From Candidatus Xenobia bacterium (lineage in GTDB: Bacteria; Vulcanimicrobiota; Xenobia; Xenobiales; QWHO01): 58,911 nt of DNA. Location of the stretch: NCBI GenBank assembly GCA_045863235.1, contig BTUM01000005.1, positions 1 to 58,911 on the forward strand. The letters run 5' to 3'. The notes beneath the pieces are model-generated. The model was not told where the DNA came from and did no database searches. It saw only the letters and a list, made by a program, of their open reading frames with translations. This document shows positions 1-10,527 of the stretch, piece after piece. Every line of letters begins with the position of its first letter. The stretch's first letter is position 1. Position numbers and translations under genes: made by a program.

Positions 1-210
1 CCGGCACCGCTGCCCCGGCGGGCTCAGCCGGCCCGGGCGCCGTCGAGCAGGCCGGCACCGCTGCCCCGGCGGGCTCAGCCGGCCCGGGCGCCGTCGAGCA
101 GGCCGGAATCGCTGCCCCGGCGGGCTCAGCCGGCACGATCGCTGTCGAGCAGGCCGGCACCGCAGCCCCGGTGAGCTCAGCCGGGGCGAACACGGTCGAG
201 CAGGCCGGCC
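1..210 (+). repeat. Coding tandem repeat, 51-bp period, about 4 copies (17-aa unit ending VEQAG)
   Basis: 'gtcgagcaggccgg' recurs at 42, 93, 144 and 195, each 51 bp apart. Confidence 0.8.
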
Positions 211-473
211 AGGCGAGCGCAGCCGGCCCGAGCGCCGAGCAGGCCGGCAGCGCTGCGCAGACGGACGTCCCGGCAGTCTCAGCCTCGAGCTGGACAACCT
301 CTTCGGACCCGGCTCAGGCGGATGGCAAGGCCAGCCCGGTTGATGGCCGTGAGTCGTCCTCGGGTCCGGCCGGTCAGGCTGCTTCCCCCAAGCGCGGTCG
401 CCGCTCCAAGAAGGACGCCCCTTCTGAGCATCCGGGTGACGAGGATGGCGGCATCGTGGGAATGATCGGCTGA
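1..473 (+). CDS. Partial CDS (5' end outside window): C-terminus of an Ala/Gly/Pro-rich repeat protein with a basic tail (KRGRRSKKD)
   Basis: The open frame runs from base 3 with no stop and translates to repeated 'AG(T/I)AAPAGSAGPGAVEQ' units. The listed ORF 171..473 is in the same frame and shows codon-biased GC3. Confidence 0.5.
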   Translation, partial: GTAAPAGSAGPGAVEQAGTAAPAGSAGPGAVEQAGIAAPAGSAGTIAVEQAGTAAPVSSAGANTVEQAGQASAAGPSAEQAGSAAQTDVPAVSASSWTTSSDPAQADGKASPVDGRESSSGPAGQAASPKRGRRSKKDAPSEHPGDEDGGIVGMIG

Positions 474-630
474 TCTGACCGGCCGGTAGGAGGGGCCAGG
501 CACCCCGGCGAATAGCGCGGAAAATTTTTCGCCATCACCCCCCCGCGAAAGCGCTTTGGCTCTCGATTCAAGTCTCCTCGACTTGACCCTCTTTCAAAGC
601 GAGTCGGGGTTACCCCTGGAGGAAAACACG

Positions 631-1929
631 ATGAAACGTCTTCTGGCTCTATGCCTTCTGCTCTTTTTGAGCTTCCAGCTCACCGGCTGCACCCGCCCCC
701 CCAATGACGCCGGTACCACCGGGGCCGGAGCGACGACCGGTAGCACGACCGGGGGCACCGGCACCACCGGGGGCACCGGCACCAGCGGCCGGACCCCGAC
801 CAAGGGCGACGCCGCCGGGCCCGATGCCTACGCCGAGAAGGCCATCGATGGCGATGAGGTCAAGTTCGGGGTCTATCTCTCCATCACGGGTGAGAGCGCC
901 ACCTTTGGCCAGGGCACTCAGGCCGGGATGGAGCTGGCGGTCGACAAGATCAACCAGGAGGGTGGTCTGCTGGGCAAGAAGATCAAGCTGATCGTCGAGG
1001 ACGACGAGGGCAAGCAGGACAAGGCGGCTGCCGCCGGCCAGAAGCTGATCGAGCAGGACAACGTACTGGTCGTGCTGGGGGAAGTGATTTCCACCAACTC
1101 GCTGGCCGTGGCCCCCATCTGCCAGAAGGCCCACGTGCCGATGATCAGCCCCTCCTCGACCAACGTGAAGGTGACCCAGGTGGGCGACTTCATCTTCCGG
1201 GTCTGTTTCCTGGATGACTTCCAGGGCGAGGTGATGGCCCGCTATGCGGCCGACAACCTGAAGGCCAAGACGGCAGCTCTGATGGTCGAGAAGTCGAGCG
1301 ACTACTCGGTGGGTCTGGCCGAGAGCTTCCAGAAGACCTTCGAGTCCAAGGGTGGCAAGATCGTGGCTGAGGAGAGCTTCACCAAAGCCGATACCGACTT
1401 TTCCAGCGTGCTGACCAAGATCAAGGGCTCCAATCCCGACGTGATCTTCCTGCCGGCCTACTACAACTCCGTCGGGCTGGTAGCCACCCAGGCCCGGGCC
1501 CAGGGCATCACGGTGCCCTTCCTGGGCGGTGACGGCTGGGAGTCGCCCAAACTCATCGAGCTGGGAGGCAAGAACCTGGAGGGTTGCGCCTTCTCGACTC
1601 ACTTCAACGTCAACGCCCCCGAGGGCGTTGTGGCCGACTTCGTGAAAGCGTTTCGGGCCAAGACGGGCGAGGATCCTGACGGTCTTTCGGCCCTGGGCTA
1701 TGACGACGTGATGATGGTGGCCGACGCCATCAAGCGTGCCGGTAAGTTCAACCGCTATGCCATCCGCGATGCGCTGGCTGGCACCAAGGGCTTCGAAGGC
1801 GTGACGGGAACCATCACCATCAACGCCCAGGGCAACCCGGACAAACCGGCCACCATCATGGAGATCAAGAACGGCAAGCTCGAGTACGTCACGAAGATGT
1901 ATCCGGAAGGCGCTCCGGCGGCACCCTAG
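631..1929 (+). CDS. livK: Branched-chain amino acid ABC transporter substrate-binding lipoprotein (LivK/LivJ family)
   Basis: The product begins MKRLLALCLLLFLSFQLTGC, a signal peptide with a lipobox. The rest has LivK-like periplasmic binding fold motifs. GGAGG lies 8 nt upstream of the ATG at 631, and liv permease and ATPase genes follow. Confidence 0.8.
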   Translation: MKRLLALCLLLFLSFQLTGCTRPPNDAGTTGAGATTGSTTGGTGTTGGTGTSGRTPTKGDAAGPDAYAEKAIDGDEVKFGVYLSITGESATFGQGTQAGMELAVDKINQEGGLLGKKIKLIVEDDEGKQDKAAAAGQKLIEQDNVLVVLGEVISTNSLAVAPICQKAHVPMISPSSTNVKVTQVGDFIFRVCFLDDFQGEVMARYAADNLKAKTAALMVEKSSDYSVGLAESFQKTFESKGGKIVAEESFTKADTDFSSVLTKIKGSNPDVIFLPAYYNSVGLVATQARAQGITVPFLGGDGWESPKLIELGGKNLEGCAFSTHFNVNAPEGVVADFVKAFRAKTGEDPDGLSALGYDDVMMVADAIKRAGKFNRYAIRDALAGTKGFEGVTGTITINAQGNPDKPATIMEIKNGKLEYVTKMYPEGAPAAP

Positions 1930-1934
1930 CCTGC

Positions 1935-2834
1935 ATGGAAACAGTCCTTCAGGTTCTGCTCAACGGGCTGGTTCTGGGCAGTGTGTACGCCCTGATCGCT
2001 CTGGGCTACACCATGGTCTACGGCGTGCTCAAGCTGATCAATTTCGCCCACGGCGACGTCCTGATGCTGGGAGCCTTTGCCGGCTTCTACATCGGCTCGA
2101 GCGTAGCCGACTCGGTGCCCATGCCGCTGCTGGTCACGCTGGTGCTGTCCATGGTCATTTGCGCCGCCATCGGTGTCACCATCGAGCGGCTGGCTTACAA
2201 GCCGGTCCGCAGCGCTCCCAGCCTGACGGCTCTCATCACGGCCATGGGGGTTTCCCTCTTCCTGGAATACACCACCGCTCTGGTGCTGGGCCCCACCCCG
2301 CGCGGCTTCCCGTCTGAGAAACTGCTGCCGACGAGCACCGTGCTGGCTATCCCCGGTTTCCCGAACATCTCCAATCGGCAGCTGGTGGTGATGGGCACGG
2401 CGCTGGCTCTGATGGGTTTGCTCTACTACATCGTGGTGCACACCAAGATGGGCAAAGCCATGCGGGCCGTCTCGTTCGATAAGGATGCCGCCCGGTTGAT
2501 GGGCATCAATGTCGATCAGGTCATCTCGTTCACCTTTGCCCTCGGCTCGGCCCTGGCGGCGGCGGGCGGCATTCTGTTCGCTCTCACCTACGGGCGAGTC
2601 GACCCCTACATGGGCATCTATCCCGGCCTGAAGGCCTTCATCGCGGCCGTGCTCGGGGGCATCGGCAGCATTCCCGGAGCCATGCTGGGAGGTCTGCTCA
2701 TGGGTTTCACCGAGTCCACTGCCAGCTACTTCGTCTCCACCTATCGCGATGCGGTGCTCTTCTCTGTTCTGGTCATCATTCTGCTGGTTCGCCCGGCCGG
2801 CATTCTCGGCCGGGGCATGGTGGAGAAGGTCTGA
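1935..2834 (+). CDS. livH: Branched-chain amino acid ABC transporter permease LivH
   Basis: The 299-aa polytopic membrane protein has the LivH-type N-terminus (LLNGLVLGSVYALIALGYTMVYGVL). Confidence 0.85.
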   Translation: METVLQVLLNGLVLGSVYALIALGYTMVYGVLKLINFAHGDVLMLGAFAGFYIGSSVADSVPMPLLVTLVLSMVICAAIGVTIERLAYKPVRSAPSLTALITAMGVSLFLEYTTALVLGPTPRGFPSEKLLPTSTVLAIPGFPNISNRQLVVMGTALALMGLLYYIVVHTKMGKAMRAVSFDKDAARLMGINVDQVISFTFALGSALAAAGGILFALTYGRVDPYMGIYPGLKAFIAAVLGGIGSIPGAMLGGLLMGFTESTASYFVSTYRDAVLFSVLVIILLVRPAGILGRGMVEKV

Positions 2835-3841
2835 TGGGCAGCTACCTCAAGAACTGGGCCATGTTGCTGGGCGCCTGCCTGTTGCTCTTCCTCTTCGACC
2901 GATTCGCCTTCTGGGCCCTCAACGGATTCTGGCAGAACCTCATCTTGCTGGCGGGCATCAACATGGTGGCAGCGCTCGGCCTCAATTTGACCAACGGCTA
3001 CTGCGGTCAGTTCTCGCTGGGCCACGCCGGCTTCATGGCCATTGGCGGTTACGCCACCGCCTTCTTCACCATGATGTTCGCCTGGCCCGAGTGGATGCTG
3101 ACTTTTCCCCACCCGGAGTTTCCCATCGTCTTCCCGATCTCGCTCATCCTGGGCGGAGTGCTGGCGGCTGCTGCCGGCCTGCTGGTGGGCATTCCCAGCC
3201 TGCGGCTCAAGGGCGATTACCTGGCCATCGCCACCCTGGGCTTCGGCGAGATCGTGCGCGTGTTTCTGGTGAACTTCGAGTACATGGGCGCTGCCCGCGG
3301 CCAGACCAACATCCCTCAGTATTCGAACTTTTTCTGGGTCTACTCCATCGTCCTCATCAGCACCGTGGTGATCTTGAACCTGATCCGCTCCTCGCCCGGC
3401 CGGGCCATCATCTCGGTGCGCGAAGACGAGCTGGCAGCCGAGGTGATGGGCGTCTGGACGGTCTACTACAAGGTGGCCGCCTTCTTGCTGGGAGCATTCT
3501 TCGCAGGCGTGGCGGGCGGGTTGCTGGGGCATCTGCTCACCATTTTGACTCCCGAGAAGTTCAACTTCGTGCTCTCCATCGAGATCGTGGTCATCGTGGT
3601 GGTGGGCGGTATGGGCTCGACCAGCGGCGTGCTGCTGGCGGCGGTGCTGTTGACCGCCCTGCCCGAGCTGCTGCGCTTCACCTCGGGCGCTGCGTCCATT
3701 CCGGGTCTCTCGCTCCTGGGTGAGCCCTCCATGCGGATGATCCTCTACTCGTTGATGATGATCTTCTTGATGATCTACCGTCCCAAAGGCCTCTGCGGCA
3801 ACAAGGAGATCTGGGAGCTCTGGGGGCGCAAGAGCTCGTGA
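2834..3841 (+). CDS. livM: Branched-chain amino acid ABC transporter permease LivM
   Basis: Its ATG overlaps the livH stop (TGATG), and the 335-aa permease has a LivM-like core (LRLKGDYLAIATLGFGEI). Confidence 0.85.
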   Translation: MGSYLKNWAMLLGACLLLFLFDRFAFWALNGFWQNLILLAGINMVAALGLNLTNGYCGQFSLGHAGFMAIGGYATAFFTMMFAWPEWMLTFPHPEFPIVFPISLILGGVLAAAAGLLVGIPSLRLKGDYLAIATLGFGEIVRVFLVNFEYMGAARGQTNIPQYSNFFWVYSIVLISTVVILNLIRSSPGRAIISVREDELAAEVMGVWTVYYKVAAFLLGAFFAGVAGGLLGHLLTILTPEKFNFVLSIEIVVIVVVGGMGSTSGVLLAAVLLTALPELLRFTSGAASIPGLSLLGEPSMRMILYSLMMIFLMIYRPKGLCGNKEIWELWGRKSS

Positions 3842-4611
3842 GCATGATGATGCAGGTCAAGCACCTGACCCGCCGCTTCGGTGGGCTGGTGGCCGTGAAC
3901 GGGGTCGACCTCGAGGTCGAGGAGGGCTCGCTGGTGGGTCTCATCGGCCCCAACGGGGCGGGCAAGACGACCTGCTTCAACATGCTCAGCGGCGTCATCC
4001 CCCCAACCGAGGGGGCCATCACCTTTCAGGGCAAGCGGGTCGATGGCAAGAAGGCCTACCAGTTCACCCAGCTCGGTATCGCCCGCACCTTTCAGAACAT
4101 CCGCCTGTTCAAGAGCTTGAGCGTGCTCGACAACGTCAAGATCGCCTGCCACTTCAGCTGTGGCTACTCGATGTTCCGCTCGTTCTTCCACGGCCCGTTC
4201 TTCCAGCGCAAGGAAGACGAGATCACCGAGCATGCCATGGAGATGCTCAAGATCTTCAAACTCGACCACGACGCTCACGAGATCTCCACCAACCTGGCCT
4301 ACGGCGAGCAGCGCCGTCTGGAGATCGCCCGGGCCATGGCGACCCGCCCCAAGATGCTGCTGCTCGACGAGCCGGCCGCAGGTATGAACCCCACCGAGTC
4401 GGCCGAGTTGATGGACCTGATCCGCTTCGTGCGCGAGAGGTTCGCCACCACGGTGGTGCTCATCGAGCACGACATGAAGTTCGTCATGGGTCTGTGCCAG
4501 CAGATCCTGGTGCTCGACTACGGCACCCCCATCGCCTACGGAAATCCGGCCGAGATCCAGGCCAACCCCAAGGTCATCGAGGCCTATCTCGGCAAGGACG
4601 AGGAGGGCTGA
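3838..4611 (+). CDS. livG: Branched-chain amino acid ABC transporter ATP-binding protein LivG
   Basis: It carries Walker A GPNGAGKTT, the ABC signature and the LivG-specific insertion. The start may be GTG at 3838 (overlapping the livM stop) or ATG at 3844. Confidence 0.8.
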   Translation: MSMMMQVKHLTRRFGGLVAVNGVDLEVEEGSLVGLIGPNGAGKTTCFNMLSGVIPPTEGAITFQGKRVDGKKAYQFTQLGIARTFQNIRLFKSLSVLDNVKIACHFSCGYSMFRSFFHGPFFQRKEDEITEHAMEMLKIFKLDHDAHEISTNLAYGEQRRLEIARAMATRPKMLLLDEPAAGMNPTESAELMDLIRFVRERFATTVVLIEHDMKFVMGLCQQILVLDYGTPIAYGNPAEIQANPKVIEAYLGKDEEG

Positions 4612-4612
4612 C

Positions 4613-5314
<702 letters not shown>

Positions 5315-5391
5315 CCGAGGGTGAGCTCCGCCATGCTCTACGCTTCACCCTCGGAGTATTTGTAGTGTAGATTTTTTGATTTGCACTACAA
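5315..5391 (+). terminator. Putative intrinsic terminator of the liv operon (two consecutive hairpins in an AT-richer tract)
   Basis: A 10-bp perfect stem CCGAGGGTGA / TCACCCTCGG (5315-5324 / 5345-5354) starts immediately after the livF stop. A second 8-bp stem TTGTAGTG / CACTACAA follows, flanking a T-rich loop (gattttttgattt). Confidence 0.5.
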
Positions 5392-5528
5392 GGATTTGAA
5401 GGATGGACGAAGTGTCGGGTGCTTTCGACAGCCACCAGGCGGTGAGGAGCCGTAAGGAGCCATGACGATGCAAACAGGCCCGCCGACATCAAGAGGCCTG
5501 ACCCCCTCGCACCGCGTAGATCCCCTGA

Positions 5529-8500
5529 ATGCTGGAACTGGAGGGGATTCGCCTCACTGAGGAGCTCGGGCACGGCTCGCGCGGCGTGGTCTATCGCGGC
5601 CAGGCGCGAGGACGGGAAGTAGCCGTCAAGCTGCCCCTCGAGAATTCGCCCGAGGCCTGGCGTCGCTTCCGCCGCGAGGGTGCGCTGCTGGCCAGCGTGC
5701 ACCATCCTTCCATCGCCCGGGTGTTCGAGCTGAGCCACGGGCCGGACGGGCGGCCTTACCTGGTGACCGAGCTGGTGCAGGGCCCCACCCTGGCCAGCCT
5801 GATCGCTCGCGGGCCGCAGTCCAAAGAGCAGGTACTCGGTTGGCTGCTGCCTCTGGTGGAGGCTCTGGATACCCTGCACCGTCGCGGCCTGGTTCACCGT
5901 GACCTCAAGCCCAGCAACATCCTGCTCTCGAGCGCTGGCGCCCACCTGATCGACTTCGGGCTGGTGGCCCGCAGCGAGTCGGACGACCCGGCTGCCGGAA
6001 CGCTGCTCTACGCCTCGCCCGAGCAATCAGGGCTGCTCAAGAGGCCGGTGGACCCCCGCTCGGACCTCTATTCGCTGGGCGTGTTGCTGTTCGAATGCCT
6101 GTCAGGTCGGCCTCCCTTCACGCCTTCCGACCCCGGAGAGCTGATGCGCCAGCACCTGGTGCTGGTTCCTCCCGACCTGACGCGCCTGGTGTCTGAGGTT
6201 TCGCCGATTCTGGCCGCCATCACGGCCCGACTGCTTCGCAAGGACCCGGACGAGCGCTACCCCTCCGCCTCCTCGCTGCTGGCTGACCTGCAGAGCCTGG
6301 ACCAGCTGGAGGCCACCTGCTCTCGCGGCGAGGCGGTCGAGCTGGCCAGCGTAACTGCCGCCCGGCTCGACTCGATGGTGGGGCGGCGCACCCAGCTGAC
6401 GCGCCTGCGCGAGGAGTGGCAGAAGGTACGCCAGGGCAGGGGAGGCGCCGTGCTGCTGGTGGGCCAGGCTGGCTGGGGCAAGAGCCGCCTGGTGCAAGAG
6501 TTCTGCTCCGGGCTGGGCCAGGCCAGCCTGTTCCAGGGAATGGCGCCACGCGAGGAGACGCCATTTGCGCCCCTGCGCGAGGCGGTGGACCGGGGTCTTT
6601 TGGGTTGCTCGGAAAGTCGCGCCCGCGCCGCTGTGCGAGCGGCTGGCGCCAACGCGGCTGCTCTGGCCGGTTTCTCCGACAGCCTGGACAGGCTGTTGGG
6701 CGCCGCGCGGGCGGGCGAAGTGGGACCCGAGGAGCTGCAGAACAGCCTGGCCTCCTGGTTCATCCGCATGGCCGAGGGCGAGCCCACCGTGCTGGTGCTC
6801 GAAGACCTGCACTGGCTCGATCCGGCCAGCCTGGAGGTGTTGCTGCGCCTGGCCCAGGAGCTGCAGCGCGCTCCCCTCTTTCTGGTGGCCACCAGCCGCC
6901 GTCTGACCGAGCCCCTCGAGCGCCTGGGTCGCGAGCTGCCTGGCGGAGAGTGGCCCCTGGTGCCCCTGGAGTCGCTCGACCGGGGCGAGCTCTCCGAGCT
7001 TTTGGCCGCGGTATTGGGCCCGGGAGCTGTGGACTCGCTGTTGCTCGATCAGCTCGAGCAGAAGACCGACCGCACCCCGCTGGGGGCTCGCGAGTTCTTG
7101 CGCGCGGCTCTCGATCAGGGTGTGCTCTTGCCGCGCTGGAGCGGCTGGGAGTGCGACCGCGAGGCCTTGCTGACGCTGGAGCTTCCCTCGGACATCCTCG
7201 AGCTCATGCTGCGTCGTTTTCGTCAACTGGACCCGGTCACGGCCCGCATCCTGGGCCACGCGGCCCTGCTGGGGCTGTCGTTCGAGCCGGTCGCCCTGGA
7301 GCGGCTCTTTGGGACCCTGGCGAGGGATGCCCTGGCGGCGGGGCGGATGGCCCAGTTGCTGGAGGGAACCCAGTTCGTGCATGACCGGGTGCGCGAGGCG
7401 GCGGCCAGCTCGCTGAGCGAGAGCGAGCGTCGCCAGGCCTGCCAGGAGCTGGCCCGCACCCTCGAGCCCCTGGCCACCACCCTGGAGGAGTGGCACCGCG
7501 TGGCCAGGCTCTACGCCGAGGGCGGGTCCGCGCGCGAGCCCATGCTGCGGAGCCACCGAACGGCCGGTCTTCTGGCCCTGAAGAGCCACGCCTATGAGGC
7601 GGCTTACCTGCTTTTGGAGCGGGTGGCGGAGGAGCAAGACCCGCGCCTGCTCGAGGCCCTCGGGGAGGCGGCTCACGTCACCCGCCGGCGCGAGCAGGCG
7701 CTGGAAGCTTATGCCCGGGCCGTCGAGCTGGAGGGCGACCCTCTGCGCCGCGCTCACCTGAGGTTGCAGCGCTGCGAGGTGGGTCTGACCACGTTCGACT
7801 GGAGCCAGATCCTGCCTGACGCCCGCGAGGCTTTGCGCGAGGCCGGGGCTCGCGTACCTCGGGGAGGCCCCCTGGGAGTGGCCCGAGCGGCTCGTGACCT
7901 GGCCCGCTGGCTCTGGGGAGAGCGCCACCGCCGCCCGCCCGTGGCCGAGAAAGAGCGCCACGCCCTGCTCGCTCGCCTCTACGACCTGACGGCGCGCGGG
8001 AACCTCTTTGCAGGGCGCTTCCCGGCCGCCATGGAGAGCTGCTTTGCAGGCGCGCTCCAGGCTCAAAAACTGGGGCCCCACCGCGAAGCGGTCTCCATCT
8101 ACTGCCTCGTCACCGTCCTGTCGGCCGCCGTGCTGGGGTGTCACGACCTGGCCCTGAGCTACGCTCGCAAGGCCGAGGAGATGGCCCGCCAGGCAGGCCA
8201 TCCTGTGGCCGTGGCCCAGAGTCAGCTCTTCGTTGGACTGGCCCACCTGACCGCAGGCCGGGTGCGCCAGAGCGAGGAGGTGCTGACCCAGCTGGTGACC
8301 CAGCAAGAGAGCTATCTCGCTCCCTCGGACCACTTCCTGGCTACCCAGTTGCTGGCCGTGGCCATGATCCCCCGGGGACGCTATCTCGAGAGCCTGGCCT
8401 GGGCCGACCGTTACGAGCAACGCCGTCGTCTGGTCAACCCCGATGAGCCTCGTCCCGTGCCCATGCTGGCTGTGCGAGCCGCCGCCGAGGCCGCTCTGGG

Positions 8501-10484
8501 ACGCTCGAGCGCCAGCCTGCAAGAGCTCACCCGCCAGCTGCCGGGGATGTCCCCCAATGTGCGAGCCCTGGGCCTGACTGCCCGGGTGCTGGCTTTGCTG
8601 CACCGGGGCGAGCTGCCGGCCCTGCGGTCCCTGCTCACCGACCCGCAGCTGGGTGAGCTGGAGAGCTTCCAGGCCCGCACCGCCAGCGTGGGCGTGGCCT
8701 GGGGCTGGAAGGCCCTGTGCCACGCTTCCGAGACCCCCTCGCAGGACGATCTCGGCCGGCTCGAGCGGGCCATCAAGCTTGGTCGCAAGCTCAACCGCCA
8801 CAAGCTGACCGAGTCGCACTTCCTGCACTGCCAGGCCACTCTCGAGCGGTTGCGTGGCCGGCTTACCCAGGCCGAGTGCTGTCTCGACCACGGCGAGCGC
8901 TTGTGCGATGAGGTCGACAACGACCTGGGCCAGCTCGAGATCTGGCTCGAGCGGGCCCGCCTGGCCCAGAAGCGGGGCCAGCCCACCGTGGCCCGGCGTT
9001 ATGCCCAGTCGGCTCAGAACCTGGCGCGAATCCATTCCTGGCTGCCTCGCCTGCGTCAGATCAGCCGCGAGTTCTCGCTGCTCGAGACATCGGTGCAGGC
9101 GCGCATCGTGTCCACCGGCTCGAGCGGCCACGATCTCACCCGCCTGCGACTCGAGCGCCAGCTGGCCGCGCTCTTGGACCTGAGCCTGGCATCCGCCCGG
9201 GTGCTGGACCCGACCCTGCTGGCTCAGAACGTGCTCGAGCACCTGCTCAATCTTCTCGGGGCCGAGCGCGCCTGCCTGTTCCGCCTGCGCGATGGTCAAC
9301 TCGAGGAGCTGGCCGGCCGCGATCACGAAGGGCGCCTGATCGATTCCTTGACCGGTTATTCGCGCAGCCTGGTCGAGGAGGTCGCCCGCACCGGCGAGCC
9401 AGCCGTCGTGAGCGCCGGCCAGGAAGGCCCGGTGGACAGCTCCTCCAGCGTGCAGATCCACGGCCTCAAGAGCATGCTGGCGGCTCCGCTCTTCTTGCGC
9501 GACGAAGCCGTGGGAGTGCTCTATCTCGACACCCGCCTGGCGCGCGGGCTTTTCACTGACGAGGATGCCGCCTTGCTCGGCGCCCTGGGCAGCCACATCG
9601 CGGTTTCGCTGGAGACGGCCCGGGCCGCCGAGATGGAGCTGCTCTACAAGGCCGAGTCGCAGCAGCGCGAGCTGGCCGAGACCGTGCGCGATCTGGCCAC
9701 CAGCCTGACCGAGACGCTCGAGTCCGACCAGGTCTGGGAGCGCCTTTTCGCGGTGATCGCCGAGCGCCTGCGCGCCGACGCCGCCGGGTTCGAGCCCGAG
9801 GCGGGCGGCTGGCGCCGGCTGGCTGGCTCCTCTGAGCTCGATCCCGACGAAGGGTTGGTCTTGCCTCTGGGAGAGGCGCGGCTGGTCTTGAGCCGCCTCG
9901 ACCCCCTGGAGGAGGCCGAGGTGGATCTGGCCACCACCTTCGCCGGCCAGGCTGCCCTGGCGCTGGAGAAGGCCCGCCTGTTCGCCGAGGTACTGCGTCT
10001 GGCCACCACCGACGGCCTGACCGGCCTCACCAACCGGCGCCACTTCTTCCAACTGGCCGAGCGCGAGCTGGGGCTGGCCCGCCGCCACTCCGAGCCGCTC
10101 TCGGCGGTGCTGCTGGATGTGGACCACTTCAAGGCCTTCAACGATACCTATGGCCACGACGTGGGCGACGAGGTGCTGCGGGTGGTGGCCTCGACCCTGA
10201 CCGGGGCCATGCGCCGCGAGGACCTGCTGGCCCGTTACGGTGGGGAGGAGTTCGTGTTGCTCTTGCCTCGCACGCCCGGGCCCGAGGCCTTCGAAGTGGT
10301 GTGCGAGCGCCTGCGACGGGCGGTCGAGGAGTGCCGGGTGAAAGAGACCCTGCGCGTCACCATCAGCCTGGGGGTGGCCGACCTGAAGCCTGGAGAAGGC
10401 CTGAACGAGCTTCTGGTGCGGGCTGACGCGGCCCTCTACGAGTCCAAGAAGGCGGGACGCAATCGCACCACCCTCGCTCCTTGA
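5529..10484 (+). CDS. Multidomain signalling protein: N-terminal Ser/Thr protein kinase, AAA/STAND-type ATPase (Walker A GQAGWGKS), long helical/TPR-like region, GAF domain(s), C-terminal GGDEF diguanylate cyclase (GGEEF, RxxD I-site)
   Basis: Kinase motifs HRDLKPSNILL and DFGL are present, with a P-loop after about residue 300. The C-terminus reads NRRHF...DVDHFKAFNDTYGH...RYGGEEFVLLLP. Confidence 0.85.
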   Translation: MLELEGIRLTEELGHGSRGVVYRGQARGREVAVKLPLENSPEAWRRFRREGALLASVHHPSIARVFELSHGPDGRPYLVTELVQGPTLASLIARGPQSKEQVLGWLLPLVEALDTLHRRGLVHRDLKPSNILLSSAGAHLIDFGLVARSESDDPAAGTLLYASPEQSGLLKRPVDPRSDLYSLGVLLFECLSGRPPFTPSDPGELMRQHLVLVPPDLTRLVSEVSPILAAITARLLRKDPDERYPSASSLLADLQSLDQLEATCSRGEAVELASVTAARLDSMVGRRTQLTRLREEWQKVRQGRGGAVLLVGQAGWGKSRLVQEFCSGLGQASLFQGMAPREETPFAPLREAVDRGLLGCSESRARAAVRAAGANAAALAGFSDSLDRLLGAARAGEVGPEELQNSLASWFIRMAEGEPTVLVLEDLHWLDPASLEVLLRLAQELQRAPLFLVATSRRLTEPLERLGRELPGGEWPLVPLESLDRGELSELLAAVLGPGAVDSLLLDQLEQKTDRTPLGAREFLRAALDQGVLLPRWSGWECDREALLTLELPSDILELMLRRFRQLDPVTARILGHAALLGLSFEPVALERLFGTLARDALAAGRMAQLLEGTQFVHDRVREAAASSLSESERRQACQELARTLEPLATTLEEWHRVARLYAEGGSAREPMLRSHRTAGLLALKSHAYEAAYLLLERVAEEQDPRLLEALGEAAHVTRRREQALEAYARAVELEGDPLRRAHLRLQRCEVGLTTFDWSQILPDAREALREAGARVPRGGPLGVARAARDLARWLWGERHRRPPVAEKERHALLARLYDLTARGNLFAGRFPAAMESCFAGALQAQKLGPHREAVSIYCLVTVLSAAVLGCHDLALSYARKAEEMARQAGHPVAVAQSQLFVGLAHLTAGRVRQSEEVLTQLVTQQESYLAPSDHFLATQLLAVAMIPRGRYLESLAWADRYEQRRRLVNPDEPRPVPMLAVRAAAEAALGRSSASLQELTRQLPGMSPNVRALGLTARVLALLHRGELPALRSLLTDPQLGELESFQARTASVGVAWGWKALCHASETPSQDDLGRLERAIKLGRKLNRHKLTESHFLHCQATLERLRGRLTQAECCLDHGERLCDEVDNDLGQLEIWLERARLAQKRGQPTVARRYAQSAQNLARIHSWLPRLRQISREFSLLETSVQARIVSTGSSGHDLTRLRLERQLAALLDLSLASARVLDPTLLAQNVLEHLLNLLGAERACLFRLRDGQLEELAGRDHEGRLIDSLTGYSRSLVEEVARTGEPAVVSAGQEGPVDSSSSVQIHGLKSMLAAPLFLRDEAVGVLYLDTRLARGLFTDEDAALLGALGSHIAVSLETARAAEMELLYKAESQQRELAETVRDLATSLTETLESDQVWERLFAVIAERLRADAAGFEPEAGGWRRLAGSSELDPDEGLVLPLGEARLVLSRLDPLEEAEVDLATTFAGQAALALEKARLFAEVLRLATTDGLTGLTNRRHFFQLAERELGLARRHSEPLSAVLLDVDHFKAFNDTYGHDVGDEVLRVVASTLTGAMRREDLLARYGGEEFVLLLPRTPGPEAFEVVCERLRRAVEECRVKETLRVTISLGVADLKPGEGLNELLVRADAALYESKKAGRNRTTLAP

Positions 10485-10527
10485 GCCATTTCGAGAGCTT
10501 TTCAGGTCCAGGCGGTAGACTCGGCTC

